DNA of 64,000 nucleotides from Acidobacteriota bacterium (lineage in GTDB: Bacteria; Acidobacteriota; UBA890; WLXD01). Below are positions 49,814 through 61,702 of the stretch, piece after piece. The translations under genes and the position numbers were made by a program. The DNA lies in NCBI GenBank assembly GCA_965205505.1, contig CBDBHB010000009.1, forward strand, positions 2,944,001 to 3,008,000. The letters are read 5' to 3'. The notes under the pieces are model-generated. The model was not told where the DNA came from, searched no databases, and saw only the letters and a list, made by a program, of their open reading frames with translations. Numbering within the stretch: the stretch's first letter is position 1; each line of letters opens with the position of its first letter.

Positions 49814-51451
49814 ATGCAAGCGGACCTGGTCCTATTGAACGGCAAGATCGTCACGATGGATGCTGCGGGCTCTGCCGTCCAAGCGCTGGCGGTCGGCGGC
49901 GATCGATTCATTGCGGTCGGCACGAATGCCGATGTCGAATCCCTGCGTGGCAAGAACACTCGAACGATCGATCTAGAGGGCCGCGTCGTTCTTCCGGGGT
50001 TCATCGATGCCCACGTTCACGTGGACTGTGCGGCCGTCAATACGAAGCTCGCTACCAGTTGCCACATCCCACCCGTCGACTACGTCGAAGTTCTCGGTAC
50101 CACTCGGTCCAAGGAAGCCATCTTGAATTTCGTCAAGCAGGCTGCGCTGGAGACTCACGCCGGGGAGTGGATCATCGGTCAGGGACGGTTCACGCTCGAA
50201 GTCGACGGAAACTCACCCAGCAAGGATCAGCTCGACGCAATTGCTCCGCGCCACCCCGTCATGATCCGCTACAGCGCACATTCACAGCTGCTCAATAGCC
50301 TGGCGCTTCAGCTCGTCGGCATTACCCGAGATCGTCCGACGCAAGAAGAGCTAGACGAAGTCGCTCCTCGGGCAAAAGTACGCCGAGATTCTGCAACCGG
50401 TGAACCGACCGGTGTGGTGAACGAGTGCATCGATTGGATCTTTCCGCGGAGTAGCCCCTGGAAATACGACGAGTTGCGTCGCGCCATTCGCCAAACCTGC
50501 GAAGAAGCCAGTCGTTTCGGCGTGACGGGTATCCACGAGTTCGTGAGTTGGCCCGATAGCGCGCGCATTTATCAGGAACTCTATAGAGATGGAGACTTGT
50601 CCCTGCGTGTCCAGCTCTGCCCCTGCGTTTGGGGCCTGCAGCATACGTTGGAGATGGACTCCCTGTTGAACCTCGGCTTGCAGACGGGTTTCGGCAACGA
50701 CTGGATCAAATTCGGAAGCGCAAAGATCTTCGTCGATGGCGAAGGGCGCGACGAGAACGGCGTCGCACAAATTTGGCCTCGAATTGAGCAGGATCGGCTC
50801 GATGCCCTCGTTGCCGGCGCCCACCGTGCCGGCATTCGCGTGATGATGCACGCGACATCGCGCGAAGGTCAGGACATGGCGATCCGGGCCATCGAGGCTG
50901 CACTCCGCGATTTCCCGCGATCGGATCATCGTCATCGCATCGAGCATTTCGCGGGTGACTATTGGCCCGAGGGCCTCGCGCGTTTGAAGAAGTCGGGAAT
51001 ACTCCCGGTTCCGACTCCGTACAGCTCCTGGGGATGGTACGGGGATGCCTGGCTCGACTCCGCCCAGCCGGGCCAGAAGGTCGTCCCGTATCGATCGTTG
51101 TTGGATGAGGGATTCATGCCGCCGGGCAACTCCGACTGTATGGGAACGGAGCCCGAGGCGTTGAATCCGTGGTGGAGCATCTGGTGTGTCGTGGCGCGAA
51201 AGACCCGAAGTGGTCGTTCGATCTGCCCCGAGGAAGGGCTCGACGTGTTGGAGGCTATTCGCCTCTACACGACGTACTCTGCCTACGCGGGTTTCGAGGA
51301 AGCCAGCAAAGGATCGCTCGAGCCCGGCAAGCTGGCGGATTTGATCGTTCTCTCGGAGGATCCCTTCGAGATTCCGGTGGATGCGTTAAAAGACTTGCAG
51401 GTGGAGACCACGGTTGTAGGGGGTCGCGTCGTCTACGAGGGAAGGGGCTGA
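49814..51451 (+). CDS. Amidohydrolase 3 (YtcJ-like)
   Basis: PGFIDAHVH, KIFVDG, MMHA, RHRIEH and GSLEPGKLAD. Confidence 0.93.
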   Translation: MQADLVLLNGKIVTMDAAGSAVQALAVGGDRFIAVGTNADVESLRGKNTRTIDLEGRVVLPGFIDAHVHVDCAAVNTKLATSCHIPPVDYVEVLGTTRSKEAILNFVKQAALETHAGEWIIGQGRFTLEVDGNSPSKDQLDAIAPRHPVMIRYSAHSQLLNSLALQLVGITRDRPTQEELDEVAPRAKVRRDSATGEPTGVVNECIDWIFPRSSPWKYDELRRAIRQTCEEASRFGVTGIHEFVSWPDSARIYQELYRDGDLSLRVQLCPCVWGLQHTLEMDSLLNLGLQTGFGNDWIKFGSAKIFVDGEGRDENGVAQIWPRIEQDRLDALVAGAHRAGIRVMMHATSREGQDMAIRAIEAALRDFPRSDHRHRIEHFAGDYWPEGLARLKKSGILPVPTPYSSWGWYGDAWLDSAQPGQKVVPYRSLLDEGFMPPGNSDCMGTEPEALNPWWSIWCVVARKTRSGRSICPEEGLDVLEAIRLYTTYSAYAGFEEASKGSLEPGKLADLIVLSEDPFEIPVDALKDLQVETTVVGGRVVYEGRG

Positions 51452-51650
51452 GATGAGCACCGCGCCCCTTCAGAGAAGTCGCCAGCCATCGGCTGCTGCG
51501 CCCGATCCATAATGGCTTGGCCTTGGCAGGAATCCACCGCTCCCTGAGACTCCGCTCACCGGCTGCCGGGGTCACCAAGCGGAAGGTCGGGCGGTTGAGT
51601 TGACAGTGCCTCGCTCACCGTTCTGCTTACCGGGTGGGGTGCTTATTTCC

Positions 51651-53324
51651 CTACCGTTCGAAGACGACCTCTCCACCGACGATGGTGGCGTCCACCGAGA
51701 CGTCGAACAACTCCTCGCCGCGCAGGGCCGTCGGGTCCGCCGACAACACAGCGAAGTCACCCAGCTTGCCGACCGCTATCGAACCCTTGTCCTGTTCCTC
51801 GAAGCCGGCACGCGCCGCCCAGATGGTGTGCATCCGGAGCGCGTTCTCGAAGCTCAACTCTTCCCCGGGCGGCGTGCCGCCACCGGCCTCCGGTGAAGCC
51901 ATCAAAGAGCCGATCGCGCCCAGCGGACTAAAGATCGGCACCGTCCCGGTAGCATCCGACACCGCCACCGGACGGACGTTCTCCTCGACCAGCGTCCGGT
52001 ATCTCGGCACCCGGCGCGGTTCGGCTCGTAGCTCGGTGGCTCGTTGCTGCTGCGGTGTGATCACCGGGATCAGGCCCAGCGTCGTCAGACGCCGGATGCG
52101 ATCGAGGTCTTCGACGTCGCCGCCATGTTCGAGCCGATGGCGCATCGGAGTCGGATCCCGCGCCAGCGCCGCCTCGACCGCCGCCTCTGCCGCCTGGTGC
52201 GCGTCGTCCGTGATGACGTGCATCATCAGCTGGACCCTGGCAGCGTGAGCCCTGAAGACAAACTCGTCGAGCTCGTCCTGGGTCCACTTGAAGTCGGTGA
52301 AGCGGCGCCCGAGGCCGTCGCTCCCGGCACCGTCGACAAAGATCTTGACGCCACCGAAGCGAAACATGTCGGTGCCGAAACCCGATTCGAGCCCCATCGC
52401 CAGAAAGTCATCCAGCGAGAACAAATGCGGGAGATGATAGTAGGCGCGGAAACGGATCGGCAGCTCGCCCGTCGCCTGTACCGCCTGGTCGGCGCGCAGA
52501 TCGGTGCCCGCCAGCGGCAACGTGTGGATCGAGGTGATCCCCTTGGCGACGAACAGCTCCATCGCATACGCCCGGATCGAGGCTTCGACCTCGTCGACCG
52601 TGTAGGGTGGTGGCATCGTCCAGATCTCGGTGGCGATCCCCGTCGGAACGCCCGAGGCATCGCGGTGCACCAGCGCTCCGCGCGGCACCTTGTCATCGTT
52701 GGCCCAGAGATCGAGCTCCCTGAGGCCACGCGTGTTGACCATGGCGACGTGGAACCCGGCATAGAGGATCAGCGGGTGATCCTCGGTTACCGCGTCCAGC
52801 TCCTGGCGCAGCGGAAGGTGGCCCTCCTCGACACGATCGGCCATGCCGAAGGAGCCACGTCCGATGATCCACCGCCCCGCCGGGCTCGCGGCCGCCTTCG
52901 CTCGAAGGGCGTCCTTGATCTGCCGTAGGCTGGTGAAGGGTGGCGTGTGACAGGCGACGTGATACACGTTGGCATTGCAGGCCATCTCGAAGTGGACATG
53001 GGCATCGACAAACCCTGGCACCACCCCGCGACCCGCGGCATCGAAGATCGGCGCGTTCCCGGCCGCCGATCGCACCTCGTCGTTGCTGCCCACGAGTGCG
53101 ATCCGGCCGTTCCTCACCAACACCGCCTGCGCCTGCGATTGGTCGGGCTCCAGCGTCACCAGTCGGGCGTTGACCAGCGCCAGGTCCCGCTGCCACCGTC
53201 CCCCTGCCCCAGCCCCAGCCGCGGCGGCTGTGGAGCCCTGTGGCCCGGCGGGGGTACAGGCGGTGGGAATGACCGCACCGATACCGGCCGCGGCGCCTGC
53301 TCGGAGAAACTCGCGTCGTTTCAC
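51651..53324 (-). CDS. Tat-exported (lipoprotein-like) amidohydrolase 3
   Basis: KRREFL twin-arginine signal, IPTAC lipobox-like segment, PGFVDAHVH, RHRLEH and GSIAVGKLGD. Confidence 0.9.
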   Translation of the reverse strand: MKRREFLRAGAAAGIGAVIPTACTPAGPQGSTAAAAGAGAGGRWQRDLALVNARLVTLEPDQSQAQAVLVRNGRIALVGSNDEVRSAAGNAPIFDAAGRGVVPGFVDAHVHFEMACNANVYHVACHTPPFTSLRQIKDALRAKAAASPAGRWIIGRGSFGMADRVEEGHLPLRQELDAVTEDHPLILYAGFHVAMVNTRGLRELDLWANDDKVPRGALVHRDASGVPTGIATEIWTMPPPYTVDEVEASIRAYAMELFVAKGITSIHTLPLAGTDLRADQAVQATGELPIRFRAYYHLPHLFSLDDFLAMGLESGFGTDMFRFGGVKIFVDGAGSDGLGRRFTDFKWTQDELDEFVFRAHAARVQLMMHVITDDAHQAAEAAVEAALARDPTPMRHRLEHGGDVEDLDRIRRLTTLGLIPVITPQQQRATELRAEPRRVPRYRTLVEENVRPVAVSDATGTVPIFSPLGAIGSLMASPEAGGGTPPGEELSFENALRMHTIWAARAGFEEQDKGSIAVGKLGDFAVLSADPTALRGEELFDVSVDATIVGGEVVFER

Positions 53325-53493
53325 GGTGCACCTCTCAGCAGGGATTTCCCAGCTAGGTCGTGGCCAGTCACGTTCTTGGTTTTGGTCAACATCAGAACGC
53401 CGGGATTCAACCACTGATTTACGAGCTTCTCAACGGATTTGCTGCGCAATCGATAGCCAGTGGACTGCAACAGCCGAATCGGTGAGCATGTTT

Positions 53494-53542
53494 GCTGATT
53501 CGTAATCAGCAGGTTCGGTGTTCAAGTCCCCGCTCCGACTCC
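53494..53542 (+). repeat. Third, degenerate tRNA-Thr 3' fragment (att of a further element)
   Basis: GCTGATTCGTAATCAGCAGGT is identical to 12543-12563, followed by a decayed T arm (GTTCAAGTCC) and then tandem GGAGCAAC at 53610 and 53621. Confidence 0.75.
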
Positions 53543-54689
53543 TTATAAACCCTTGTTATTCAATAGTTTGGGGATAATTTTGTTGACGCCTCCTGAGAAA
53601 GTAATCGGCGGAGCAACCGTGGAGCAACTATACGGATTCGCTTTGCAGGCCAGGACCGAGCCCAAAACACGGCTGCTGCGCGAATCGGCGTCCTCGCGCT
53701 CGGGCGTACTCGGCCGGCGGAGCAGATAGAAAAGTAGAGGCGCGTGTCGGTGTCGAGGTCCGAGAGCAGCCGCTGCCAGCGGCCGAGCACCCGGTCGATC
53801 TGCTCGCTCGGGCGAACGCCCATCCACCAAGGCGGGCTCCAGCCGTCCGGCCGCGATCAGCTTGCCGGAGCGGGTTAGGCATTTGCCGCGCCCATCGCCA
53901 TCCCGAGACCGAAGATGATCCCGGTGTCACCGGCCTCAAGGAGAGCGTGCGCCGGCCCCTGGCCAGTCACGCACGGCCTCAGCGGGAAACTCGGGTCCAT
54001 TATCGGAACGGATGTCGGTAGGAATGCCACGGTGCACGAACAGCTTGCCGAGCCGGATACACGGCTCGCGGCTGGCAGCGTCGATCTGGTCCTTCGCCGA
54101 CGCGACCGTAGCCATGAACGAGGCACCCTGACATGGCAGGGTCGCGGCTCATGTCGGGGCTCGTATCCGACGTGTTCTGCCTGTTCGGCAACGAGCAGCG
54201 GGCTCTCGATGTGCGACGCCGTCTCCACGGTTCCCGCTTATTTCCGTGGGATCCACGGTGTTGTATTAAGCGGGTAGCCCGGTTCCACGAATGGGAACCG
54301 GACAGTCGATTGGTGTGCGACGCTGAGCCTACGAGCCGCCCCGTGGAACTTCAACCCCAGGTGCAAGTCGAGCCTTCGGCCGTGAGTTGGCACCACTGAG
54401 ACTCGCGCGACCTAGACCGGTCGTGCGAACTCCACGACGCTCGCGCCGCTCTCGTTTTTCCTGGGCTTGCCGTGCACTGAGACGATGCTGCTCACGAGTA
54501 TACGAGGGAGGTTGATGTCGCTTGCAAACTCGCCGATATTGCCGCCGTAGCGTTTGTCAAGTAATACCCTCAGTGCTCGTGGCCGCTCGGGAGGAATCAG
54601 GTTATCTCCGGGCTCGACCGCGTTGATTCCGCCCCAGAGCTTTCCGTACTTGATGTACAGGTATCTAGCCATCGTCTGCCTGGCCATCC

Positions 54690-55030
54690 CGTGCGGGGAA
54701 CTAGGGAGCGCCTTCGACGCGTTCGTTGTGCGCGTAAACCGGCGCCCAGTGATTGTTCTGAATCCTGAGATGCCTGTGGCTCGGGTCCGGGCAACGGTTG
54801 CGCATGAGGTAGGCCACTACATCTTGAATCACTCGCCTGGTTTCGGAACCCGAAAGGAAAACGAGGACGAAGCATGGCTATTCGCCGCCGAGTTCCTGTT
54901 TCCGGAGGAGTCGGCCCGCTCCGAGATACTAGAACCGGTCACACTGTCGGGCTTGGCTGATCTGAAACCGCGATGGGGCGTGTCTATCAAGTTCCTTATC
55001 AAGCTTGCCGACTCTCTCGGCATCATCAAG
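54690..55030 (+). pseudogene. ImmA/IrrE metallopeptidase fragment
   Basis: RATVAHEVGH...ENEDEAWLFAAEFLFP...WGVS, with no intact N- or C-terminus. Confidence 0.7.
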
Positions 55031-55935
55031 AACCACCTCCGCCGCCTCTCGAACGGCGTATCGGCCACCATGTCACCAGGCTCGCGGCAGCCGTTCGGCT
55101 CCGGCGCAAACGTATGCAGCATGCCGGCCCAATGGCCGACCTCGTGAACTATTGTGTCGCCCTCGTTGTAGAACCGGATCTTGCCCCCCGGCAGCGTCGA
55201 GTAGTGCACCGTGACGCCATCCCACCACCTGCCTGTCGAGCCCTTCGGGTAGTAGGCGTACCCAAGAAATCTCTTCAGGCTACACGTGTAGATATTCAGA
55301 TTCCGCGCGGTGTCTACTGCCAGCGCTTGCTTCGCCTGGCGCTCCGCCCCGGGCTTGTAGCACCGCCGCGACCAGAACTTCTTGTTCGTGTACGTGATGC
55401 CGGCGAGCGTGAAGGTGAGCCCGTGCCGCTTGAGGGATGCGTTCAGCACGTCCATCTGCTCCTCGATTGCCGCCTCCGAAACGCGGCCAACGTCCGCGCC
55501 CTTCTTTCTGTGGTACAGCACGTGAAACCACACTGGCACCTCGGTAGGTGCGGCGCGGTCGTCCGGTAGATAAGCAACGGGGTCCAGCGGCCCCGTATAA
55601 GGCGGCGTACCGCAGCGATTGCCTGGCCGCTGCCGGCCGATCTCGTCAACGAGCATAACGTCCGGCTGCAGCTCCTCGCGGTACTGCGCAGCGATCTGCG
55701 GCTCGCGGTCCGGACCTCGTTCCTGCGCAGCGACGGCCAGGCTGCCGGCCGCCAGAAACACCACCGCAGCCGCGGCTCTTGTACCGGGTTTCGTGAACGC
55801 CGCGATCAGCGTTTCGACTTTACCCTCAAGACGGTCCATGCGGTCACGCAGGCTTGCGATGACTGGTGGTGGATTGATGGGAGATTTCACTCGTAGTCCG
55901 GAATGTACTTGCGGCCCCGCGCGAATCGCAACCAC
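55030..55935 (-). pseudogene. Peptidase M43 (pappalysin/ulilysin-like) zinc protease, C-terminally truncated
   Basis: RCGT, VPVWFHV, LNIY, LGYAYYP, HEVGHWAGMLHTF and GDMVADTP, then fused to unrelated sequence. Confidence 0.8.
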
Positions 55936-56004
55936 GCGCTCGCGAAATGAGCACTAGGCGCGCCGAGTGAGCGGATTGCGGACGGAGCGTTACTGGCCGA
56001 AGCG

Positions 56005-56127
56005 CAGCCGTGCCACAGCACCCCGCGTGGCGACCTCGCCGCGAGCGTAGCGTGCGGGCATGGCTGGCGAGAGCCAGCGTCCTGCCTGCTGCATCTCAAC
56101 CAGGGAAGCGCCCGCGGCGGCGAGGTC
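56005..56127 (-). pseudogene. Second Cre-like recombinase C-terminal fragment
   Basis: DLAAAGASLVEMQQAGRWLSPAMPARYARGEVATR; the nucleotides are nearly identical to about 21980-22066. Confidence 0.75.
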
Positions 56128-56668
56128 CAATCCGACACTGGAGGAACGCGAGCGCTTGAACGAAGCAGAGCGACGCTACCGCGAATCGCTCAAGCGGTTC
56201 GTATGGCAGCCCGACGACGTGACGGTGTGTGACCCGACACCGGAGGAACGAATATCCGAAGAGGAGAGGCAGCTCCTTCTGGAGCGCATGCGGCGTGCGA
56301 GAGAGAGGCAGGATCGTATGGAGCGCGAGGCCCGGCAGGCGGCTCGTGACCGGTTCACCAACGGCGGGCCCCGCGAATGACGACCCAGCGCCTCATGCGC
56401 CGATCTCGCGCACCCGGCCGCAGCATCGAGGCCCCACGATGCGCGCCGGCCCCACGAAAGGAAAATCGTACCCGCACCGGTACCGGCGCGCCTGCATGAC
56501 ACCCGTCGCGGCCACCAGCGGATGTCAGCCTGCATCGAGGCTACACCCGCACGCCGCTACGAGGCCCTGGGCAGCCCGTTTTTTTGCCCTATGTGGATCT
56601 TGCTGCGATATGCATGGAGCCGCGACACTTGGATACCCTCCTGTCCGCTTTAGTGTCCGGCCGCGCCT

Positions 56669-59600
56669 CTATGCGATAGGAATCAGGGACCTGCTGGCGG
56701 CATCAACGCAACGCAGGAGGTCGTCTTTCGCGAGCGGGACTAGGCGCATTCTCGCCTTCAAGCTGTTCTTCAGGCATTCGACAACCCTCATGCGACTCCT
56801 TCCGGCCAGAAGTACTCGGAGGCAGAGTTGCAACACCTCGGCTTGCTTATTGGGTAGGAGCCTACGGACCCAAACGTCCTTCAAGACTTCGGCGGCCACG
56901 CCTATTGCAGCCGTTTCCGAACAACTTCCGGTTCCCAGGGTACCCAGGGCTGTGGTAACCACCGGGGTTGAGTTCCAGTCGGCCTGTTCCAGTATCCAGA
57001 TGAGATCGGTTGCGTTGATCTCCACGAATCGATAGCCCCACCCAGCCAACTTCCTCGCGACGTCACGGTAATCTGCCTCGTCGAATCGACCCGCCATGCG
57101 CAGGTGACGCAACAACGCCTGCGTCCATGTGCTTCTGACCCCGAGTTCGCTTTCAGCCAACAGCCTCAGCCCCAGGTCATCGGTGAGCAGCGGCAGTTCG
57201 AGTTCTTTGGCCACCAACGCTGACGCGATAGACGTCGCGCCGAAGGCCTCGTGCATTACCTCTACCCGTTCTTGTGCGATCTCAAGTCGAGCGTTCGCCG
57301 GAGCCTTTTGGCAGCGCTCCACCAGGATGCGTGCTCGCCCCATCAACTCGATGCCAGGATCAAGCTGATCGTGATCGATCATGTAGTAGCCCTCGGCGTT
57401 CTTCCCGATCACTCCCTGGGGGTTACCGATTAACCGTCGATTGGAGTGCCATGCGTTGATCTCATCAAACACATGCTGGGCGATGTAGATCCTGTCGAAC
57501 GCATCGACCAGTACGTCCTCCAGCCTCAGCATCACGACCGTGAGGAGCGCCGTCGTATCAACGACCACGGTGCTCTGGGCGGACGCCTTGTCCGCCCGCT
57601 CGAACTCTTCAGCTGTTCCGACTGCCGCGATCATTAACTCGCCCGGCGTGCCAGCAAGACCGAGCCACGTTTCGACAAGTGACCTGCCGGCCAGATTGGC
57701 AAGCGTCTCGACGGCAATTCGCCGACTCTGGTACAACTGCTTGAGAGCAACCATCTGTTCGTGCTGAGCGTCCACGAGTTCGAGCACGGTGGAATGGTCA
57801 GCGGATACGTCGAACCTCCGTATGGCGCGGCTCTGCGGGAACCACTCGGCGAACCGGTCAAGAGTCTCCTGGTAGGCGTGGACGTAGCTGCTTTTGAGTT
57901 CGATCACCGTAGCGGTGATCTGGCCGATGCCCTCTTGAACCGGAACCGAATCGCCTACGGAGACACCCGCCAGACGTTGGCCTTGTGGCGAGGAGACGGC
58001 GATCCGGTCGCGAAGGAGGTCGGCCTCAGCGTCCTCCACGAGATGGAAAGAACGGGCGGTTGTTCGGCCCTCCTCTTGCAAGACCACGGTCGTGCCAACG
58101 CCGGCGACAGCGGGGACTTCTATCGCCTCGTCACCAGCGACCCCAGAAGCCCGGAACAACTGAACGTACGCCAGATGCAGGTTCGACTCGCAGCTCTTTG
58201 CGAGGTCGCGGGCTCGAAATGCTGACCTGACCCCACGGTTAGTACCACGTCTTATCTCAGTAACTCGGTGCTGACAAGGGGTTGTTGAGGCCGGCGAAGC
58301 GGAGCGTAGCCGGCTTCAACAACAGCGCCTCCGGGGCCGGTGGTCGGTAGCCCAACGAGCTGTGCGGTCGCATGCGGTTGTACTGCTGCCTCCATCTCTC
58401 GATCAGAACCTTTGCCTCCTTGAGCGTGTAGAAGATCTCGCCGTTGAGCAGCTCGTCTCGGAGCTTGCCGTTGAAGCTCTCCACGTAGCCGTTCTCCCAC
58501 GGCGAGCCCGGCTCGATGAACAGCGTGCCCACACCGAGCCTACCGAGCCAGTCGCGAACCGCCTCGGCGGTGAACTCCGGTCCGTTATCGGACCGGATGT
58601 GCTCAGGTATGCCCCGGTGCACGAACAACCACCCGAGCCGCTCGAGCACGTCCTCACAGTTGAGCTTCCGTGCCACGTCGATCGCCAGGCTTTCTCGTGT
58701 GTACTCATCGACGATCGTCAGCAGCCTCATAGCCCGACCCTCGTGCGTCCGGTGATGAACGAAGTCATACGCCCAGACGTGATCTTTGCGCTGTGGTCGC
58801 AGCCGGATGCACGAGCCATCGCTGAGCCACAGCCGGGCTCGTTTGGGCTGCTTTGTCGGTACTTTCAGCCCCTCACGCCTCCAGATACGCTGCACTCGTT
58901 TGTGGTTCACCCACCAGCCCTCCATACGCAACAACGCCGTCACTCGCCGATACCCGTAGCGCCCGTATTGTCGGGCTAGATCCACGATCCGCTCCGTCAA
59001 CATCTGCTCATCGCCCGGTTCTCTTGGCATGTACCTGTGTGTCGTGCGTGGTTGTTTCAGTACCCGGCACGCCCGCCTCTCGGAGACGCCCAGCCGCCCC
59101 CGTACATGCGCCACCGCCTCGCGCCGTCGAGCTGGGCTCAGAAGTTTCCCTCCGCGACTTCCTTCAGGATCGACAGGTCGAGCTCTTTCTCCGCCACCAG
59201 TTTCTTGAGCCGGGCGTTTTCTTTCTCCAGCTGCTTGAGCCTTCTGGCCTGGTTGACCTTCAGCCCCCCGTACTCCCGCCGCCACCGATAGTAGGTGTGC
59301 TCGGTGATCGCTAGCTTGCGGCAGGCATCCTTGACCGTCCCGCCTTGCGCCTGCTCCACTTCAGCCTCCCGGAGCTTGCGTACGATCTGCTCGGCGCTGT
59401 GCCTCTTCGTCGGCATTCTGACCTCCCCTTTTCGACCCAGATCGTGAGATTACCTCTGGATCCGTTTTGGGGGGTCAGGTCAATGCAATCGGCAGAACAC
59501 CACCTAGATTGAGAAGGGAACGCAGTTGGCCAACCCTAACGAGTAAGTCAGGGTCGTCCCACATCAACTCGTGAGCGATGCCGTCGACTACCTCCGCCGC

Positions 59601-61671
59601 GTCCTCGGTGCCCCCATTCCGATAGTGGAGTTCGGCAAGTTCGAGTCTTTGAAGCACTCCGTCGCCACCTTCCTCCTTCAGTAGTTCGATGGCCGCAGAC
59701 AAATCGCCTGTGTAACTGAGGATAGCGACCTCGACCTGCAGGACAGCCCAGGAGATTGAACCGGCTTCTCGCAGAGACAGACAGAGATCACGGGCTGCTC
59801 CAAGCTCACCGGCGTTGTAAAGAGCCAACAGGTAGGCCCTGGAAGTCTCGTTCTCGGAGGAAGTATCGGCAGAGAGTTCATAGAAGGGAATGGCGTCGGC
59901 ATAACGACCTGCTTGATTGAGAAGTTGGGCGAACTCCAGGGCAATCCGAGCCCTTGCTGGCCCCGAGGCTCTGTCAAACGCCTGCTGGAAGTACTGCGCC
60001 GCTTCCTCGTAGCGACTGACCCTGCCCAGATGCCGCGCGTGAACCGCGATCGCTCGAGGGTCGTCTGGGAATGTCTTCGCGAGTTCGTCGAGGACTCGCT
60101 TTATGGAGTCATCATCGCTGATAGCCTCGTAAGCCTCGCATAGAAGGTCTGCGTAAATCAGCTGAACGGATTTATCGGACGGCGCATCTCGGATCGGTAC
60201 GAGGAGTTGTATCGCGTCCTGCGGTCGATTCGCCTGGACGTACGCATGTGCCAGAGGGATCTGGTTGTGTTGTGTCTCTTCGCCGGTCACCGCTTCGAGA
60301 ACTTCGATTGCCTCGCCGGGGCGCCCTTCTCGCAGTAAGAGTGCGCCCAGGGCGGATAATGCTGCCGAGTCTGTCGCATCCGCCGTGAGCATACTGTCTA
60401 TATCTCGGCGAGCCCCTTCAGGATCGGTACGTAGAACACGTATCGCAACCCTGTTCTGTAATGCCTCGCGACGCAGGGCACCGTCGTCCTGGTCTGCCAC
60501 CGCGTCGATCGCCTGGGTGACCAATTCCTCCGCTTCGCCGAGCCGATTTCGGATCTCCTCCTGCCAGGGCAGCCCTATCGCGTTGGCCAGAGAACGCTGA
60601 ATTGGGGCCACGATCGCGCCCGCAAGAGCAAGAAGCGCGTTGGGCGTCCGTTCACCTCTCTCTACCGATCGGCGGCAGGCTCTCCTCAGCCGCCTCATAC
60701 TTCCCTTGCCTCCGGTGATGCTGTCCCAACGCCAGGCCTGCAAGCGGACAATCCGCAATGCCCGGATTCTGCTCGACGAACGAGTTGACCGCTTCGATCT
60801 CCCCGAGTTCTGACAGCGAATCAATGAGCAGCGCCGCGGCTTGGTCATTTCCGGGCTCGTCGTCGAGTACACTCTGGGCGAGTGTCCTCGCTCGTTCTGC
60901 ATTACCGTCGATGAGTTCGCCGAACGCGGCATTGCTGCGAGCCACGGCGTCGTCCGGTTGCAACTCTAGTGCGAGTCGCGTCTGCTCGGTAGCCACGTTC
61001 CGATCACCCAGCCGAGCGGCGCAAGCTGCCCGCTGGGTCGCGAGGCGGAAGGCAACGTCGGGTTCGGCCGATGGATCCAGTACAGCGGCGACTTCATCTA
61101 GAACCTCCCGTGCGGCGAGGAGCTTGCCAGAATCAATCAACAGATTGGCCGTGTCCAGCTGAGTGTCTAGCTCCGACCGTGAACCGGCTTCGGTCTTAGA
61201 TTAGCGTACAGCCAAGAGACTAGTGATCTTGTTCAGCTGCAAAAGTACTAGTTCGTCCCGATCCTTGGACTCTGCGTGGAGCCCTTCCATCCGCTTAACT
61301 GGATACGTGCCCTCCGTCGTGACGAACCCGACTTGAAGGTTTTGAAAAAATGCGTGGATGACCCTGCCGACCGCAGCCTGGTCGTGCCCTGTCTTTGATG
61401 CCTCTAGGAAGTCCTTCACGACCGATTCGTCTACGGGAACGGACTTTCCCGCGGAGAACCTCTTAAGTAGGCGGAAGAACGCTGCCGAATTGCACCACCT
61501 CTGGAGGTCCGTTCTAACGCCTTCGTACCCGTACTCCTCGAACATCTGGGCGTCTGTGGCGTGAATCGCCCGCACGACGGGTTCATCGGCAACGAAGTGT
61601 TGGATCCCGATACTGGCGACCCTGGCCAGCACGGCGCCGCCTATTCCTTCGCTGAGAATTAGCATATCCAA
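56669..61671 (-). pseudogene. Large TPR plus GreA/B-C-like plus PIN protein (about 1245 aa), disrupted
   Basis: TPR helices, a GreA/B-C-like segment (VGVGTTV...IAVSSPQGQRLAG..VGD) and PIN VVVDTTAL...LLTDD. Broken by an in-frame TAA at 61201, a frameshift near 60680 and IS3 at 58223-59482. Confidence 0.78.
58223..59482 (-). mobile_element. Complete IS3-family element (1260 bp)
   Basis: Ends TGACCTGACCCC, 4-bp TSD ATGC, orfA at 59138-59416, orfB to 58257 with WAYDF, SDNGPEF and [10 protein letters not shown], and a GGGAAAC slippery site. Confidence 0.95.
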
Positions 61672-61702
61672 ATAGTATTAACTAATGATGCAGGTTTTTT
61701 GC

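Noticed and set aside
53494-53542. A second functional tRNA-Thr
   Set aside because: It lacks the 5' acceptor strand and D arm, and the T stem does not pair, so it is treated as an att remnant.
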